Positions 60,368 to 64,000 of a DNA stretch of 64,000 nt are shown here, one piece after another. This stretch comes from Schmidtea nova (taxonomy: Eukaryota). The notes beneath the pieces were generated by a model. The model did not search any database, had not been told where the DNA came from, and was given only the letters and a program-made list of their open reading frames with translations. The first letter of the stretch is position 1, and every line of letters starts with the position of its first letter. The DNA lies in contig CM097884.1 of the NCBI GenBank assembly GCA_044892505.1, forward strand, positions 141,298,001 to 141,362,000. The letters are read 5' to 3'. The translations under genes and the position numbers were made by a program.

Positions 60368-60715
60368 ATGTTGAGAAATATCAATTGTAAAGGAAGATGT
60401 TCAGTCGATGAGATGAAATTTCCGATTGGAAAACCAAAACAAATAATTGATAGAAGTGGAAAATATCCAATTTTATTTTTCAAATCTGGAAAATGCAGAA
60501 TAATGGGGTGTAAAACACCACTCCAAAAAGAAGATTTAAAATTTACAAATTCAATAAATTACTGTGACTTGGTGGATTTTATAATTTATATAATTTACCA
60601 TGTAAAGTTGAATGCATATTTGAGCATGAAATATTTCCTGCGTTACGAATTCAAAAATATGATTCATTATTTTTTTTCTAGTGATTAAGTTGTGATACTT
60701 GGAATAAAACTTTAA
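60368..60715 (+). pseudogene. TBP-like (TATA-binding protein fold) gene with two repeats; second repeat frameshifted
   Basis: Repeat 1: LRNI..YPILFFKSGKCRIMGCK. Repeat 2, across frameshifts: IQ*ITVT..FEHEIFPALRI..FFSSD*VVILGIK. Confidence 0.7.
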
Positions 60716-61681
60716 ATTACGAAGAATTTGTAGAAAAAAATAAAGTTGAAATAATAAAATAAAAAGATAATTATGAAATAAAAATGTTATTAAAAATTAA
60801 ATTTTTATTTTATTAAATTTTTATTAAATTTTTATTATTATTATTATAAATAGGGTACATAATAACTGTAAGAATCACTATATGATACTACATAATAACT
60901 GCATGAAACAATGCTACATTGCGTAATAAATGTATAAATCAATATACAATATTCCATAATAAATTTATATTAATGTTAGATCATAAATATATAGATTTAT
61001 AAAAATCTTATACAATTTCTATATATTTATGTGAAAATTATATAATAAAAGGATAATTATGTAATTTTCCAAAGTTTTTATAAAATTACGTAATTTCCAT
61101 GCATAAATTGCATCATTTTCAAAAAAAGGATTAGAGGGGATTAGTAAGTAGACCTTTGTACTTTAACTTACCTTAAAATAAAAATATAATAATGACGTTA
61201 TCGCCTGTGTATGTGCAAAAAAATAAGATAGGGGCTATCGCAAGAAAAAAGAAATGAGGTACCTCAAAAAAAGAGAGGTCCCCTAGGGGGTCACTAGATT
61301 TTGAATGGTTATGACTCATCAATTTCGTTATTTCCTTTGTTCCCGGTCCACACTTCTCCCTACTAAATAAGTTAATTACAGTCCATCTACAACTTTAGAT
61401 TTATATATAATATCAACTAAATGATGTTTCAATTCGTCGGATTTATTTGTTATATCTATTACGCATTTTCATCATATTAATTGATAACCCCGGATTTTTT
61501 TACTCAGATTTGGACATGTTACAAATGCGCAGAGGGAGGTCTAAAGGGTAAAAATTAAGATCGTCAAGATTATATGATTTTGTTCTGTTTCTGTTACCCG
61601 TAACTTCATTATATTTCAAAATAGCTAAAATGCTATAAGTGAAACAAAGATTGTCACATTTAAATATGTTGACATTTAAAT

Positions 61682-61980
61682 ATGTTGGGTTATTGAGTGG
61701 TTGGGGAAATCAAATTTCTGACTCTAAATGCGTACTTTATCAATCAAAAGAATAACAATTACAACAGGAATCTTTATTGATATCACAAATTGTTTCACAT
61801 TTACACTGGTACAACTAATCAATATTATGAGACAATCATACATACTTATTACGAAACTTATGTGAAGAATAGCACTTGTGTATAATATAACCGTCTAACA
61901 ACCACTAGCTGCTCATTCCGATTCAACAATGGGTAACCAACTAATTACTTTCTATTCTTTGACTTGAAATTCGACTCAAC
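61682..61980 (-). repeat. Solo-LTR-like repeat, copy 2
   Basis: See the 29903 entry. Confidence 0.65.
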
Positions 61981-62238
61981 TTTTCTCTTTAAATTTTTCA
62001 ATAATCAATTTCTCAATCAATGTCTCAATAATACTCTCTCGATAAGTTTCTCTCAAAAATTCTTGTAACAAAGCATCTGTCAGAAAATTGATGTCTCTTC
62101 TTTTTCTCAATTTCCTAACACTCATTATAATTAATTTTTTCCCATTCCTGCCACTGGCATTTCCCGTTTTATTTTTCAGCTCCCGTGTTACATATACAAC
62201 TCGGTACTTGATATAATTAGTTTTTTCCCCTTATGCCT

Positions 62239-62240
<2 letters not shown>

Positions 62241-62287
<47 letters not shown>
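62241..62287. repeat. (GTT)n microsatellite
   Basis: Directly visible. Confidence 0.95.
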
Positions 62288-63536
62288 CATTTCAATCTCA
62301 ATTAATTTACCTTATTTAATTGTCAATCGTAACCAGTGAGAATAGTAACCATTCTAGAATTCAGCAAAAGAAATTACTATAAATACCACATATTTCTTTC
62401 TTACAAATTTCTTTTATCATATTCTTAATTATTTCAACTTTTTAATTCATGTTTAATTATCTCTTTTATTACAACGTTTATTAAAATAATAATATTACAG
62501 TATAAATATTTTTTTCTTAAATTGATTTCTTTTTAAAATTTATATTTATAATTCATATTTAATTATTTCTATTACTGTAAATTTCTATTATTTTTTTTAA
62601 AATAATACTATTATATAAATAATTTCTATTAATTATATTTTTCATTTAAATGATTTCCTATTAATATTTATATTTGTAATTTTTATTTGAATATTTCTTT
62701 ATTAATTTTTAGTACAAAATTTTAATACAAAATTATTACTATGTAAATAATTTCTACTAAATTGATTGCTTTTAATTTTAATAATTATTTTATTAAAAAT
62801 TATGGTAATAAAATTTCAATTTGCTTTAATTTTTAAATATTCAAATTTTTATAATTTTAAAATGTAATTTTTATGCAATCCCCTTAAAGTTTCAGATGAT
62901 GACGAAGTTAAAGAAGTTTTTTATTTTTAGTCTTTTAATCATGACTTGAACTTTATGTTTTTCTTTGAGTTAAAATTTACAGCTTTTTATTCGAGAACTG
63001 TTATTTTAAGCTTTTCCCTTGTAAATTTGTTTTTAGGTTTTTTAAATTATAAATAGTTTTAAACTTTTTCAAATAGTTACATTAGGTTTTCATTTACAGT
63101 GATATTCTATTTGAAATTCTATTTAACGTTTGTAGTTTAGGGAATTGTGGGAGTGAGCATTTTTAAAATAGTATTTGACAGAAATCTGAAACCTGGTCCT
63201 TTTTTGATTAATAATTTTCATGTGTGAATCTTTGAAGTTTTTAGATAGTCAATTATTTTTGCTTGGCATTTATCCCCATTATTTTTTCACAGAAAAAAAT
63301 TCTGTTTCTATTTCCTGATAATTTCTTTCTCCTGAATTTTGATATAATATTAATTATTAAAACAAATTAAGATTTATTCTTGAGATAGATTAAATAAAAT
63401 TAAAATTTTTTAAAAATTATTTGATAAATTAAAATTTTTTTATTTATTAATTTTCAATAATTAGAGCGTTCTTTGTTAAGAAAAATCTTATAGAGAATCA
63501 AAGTCTTTTCATTAATAAAATGCTCTTTTATAATTA

Positions 63537-64000
63537 TGTTGGGTTATTGGGTTGTTGGTGACTTTATAATTAACAAATTATTACCCTAACTCCAAACGTG
63601 CTCTTAATTGACCCACAATAACAACTGACAGCAGGAAATTTTATTGATCATCACAAATAATTTCAATATACAATGAACTGACCAAATTCAAAACTACAAC
63701 TGATTATACAGTGCTTATTACGACATTATAGTGAAGAATAGCACTAGTGTATAATCGATATTCGAAATCACTCACTACTGGGGAGTATAACAATTGGTAA
63801 CTTGGCTGGTTGTTTTCTTAGTTTGAGTTGGATTTACCCGCTGAATTTTACTAGCTTTATTTTCTCAAACTCTTGAATGAGCTCCTGCTGCTTATCCCTT
63901 AGTTTCTGGTTTCAATTGTTGGATTCTCCTGTTGACTCTTCTTTAACTTTCTCTGGACGTTTTCTGCTTCAAATTTCTCCTGTTTTCCCCTGACTTCAGT
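63537..64000 (-). repeat. Solo-LTR-like repeat, copy 3 (runs to the window edge)
   Basis: See the 29903 entry. Confidence 0.65.

Overview
AT-rich eukaryotic (animal-type) genomic DNA with five N-gaps. I could reconstruct one host gene: a minus-strand FANK1-like gene (FN3 domain plus ankyrin repeats). Eight exons lie between 40080 and about 20730, with tiny introns (45-82 nt) and two TE-filled introns (4.2 and 13.9 kb). The rest is mostly mobile DNA: (i) a near-intact 4.57-kb Ty3/Gypsy element with identical 104-bp LTRs; (ii) a 2.03-kb deleted Gypsy derivative inside a MULE, itself inside a Polinton integrase gene; (iii) a full-length hAT, two hAT fragments, a mariner and several MITEs; (iv) decayed Polinton/Maverick genes (pPolB, integrase x3, packaging ATPase, major and minor capsid, small conserved ORFs) and four in-register AGTAG termini. 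The most novel candidates are a two-repeat TBP-like gene head-to-head with the Polinton ATPase, a host-sized GT-AG intron inside the Polinton integrase catalytic motif, and a Gypsy derivative whose junctions look like aberrant reverse-transcription strand transfers. All family assignments come from motif recognition by eye, with no database search. Coordinates of decayed genes are approximate.
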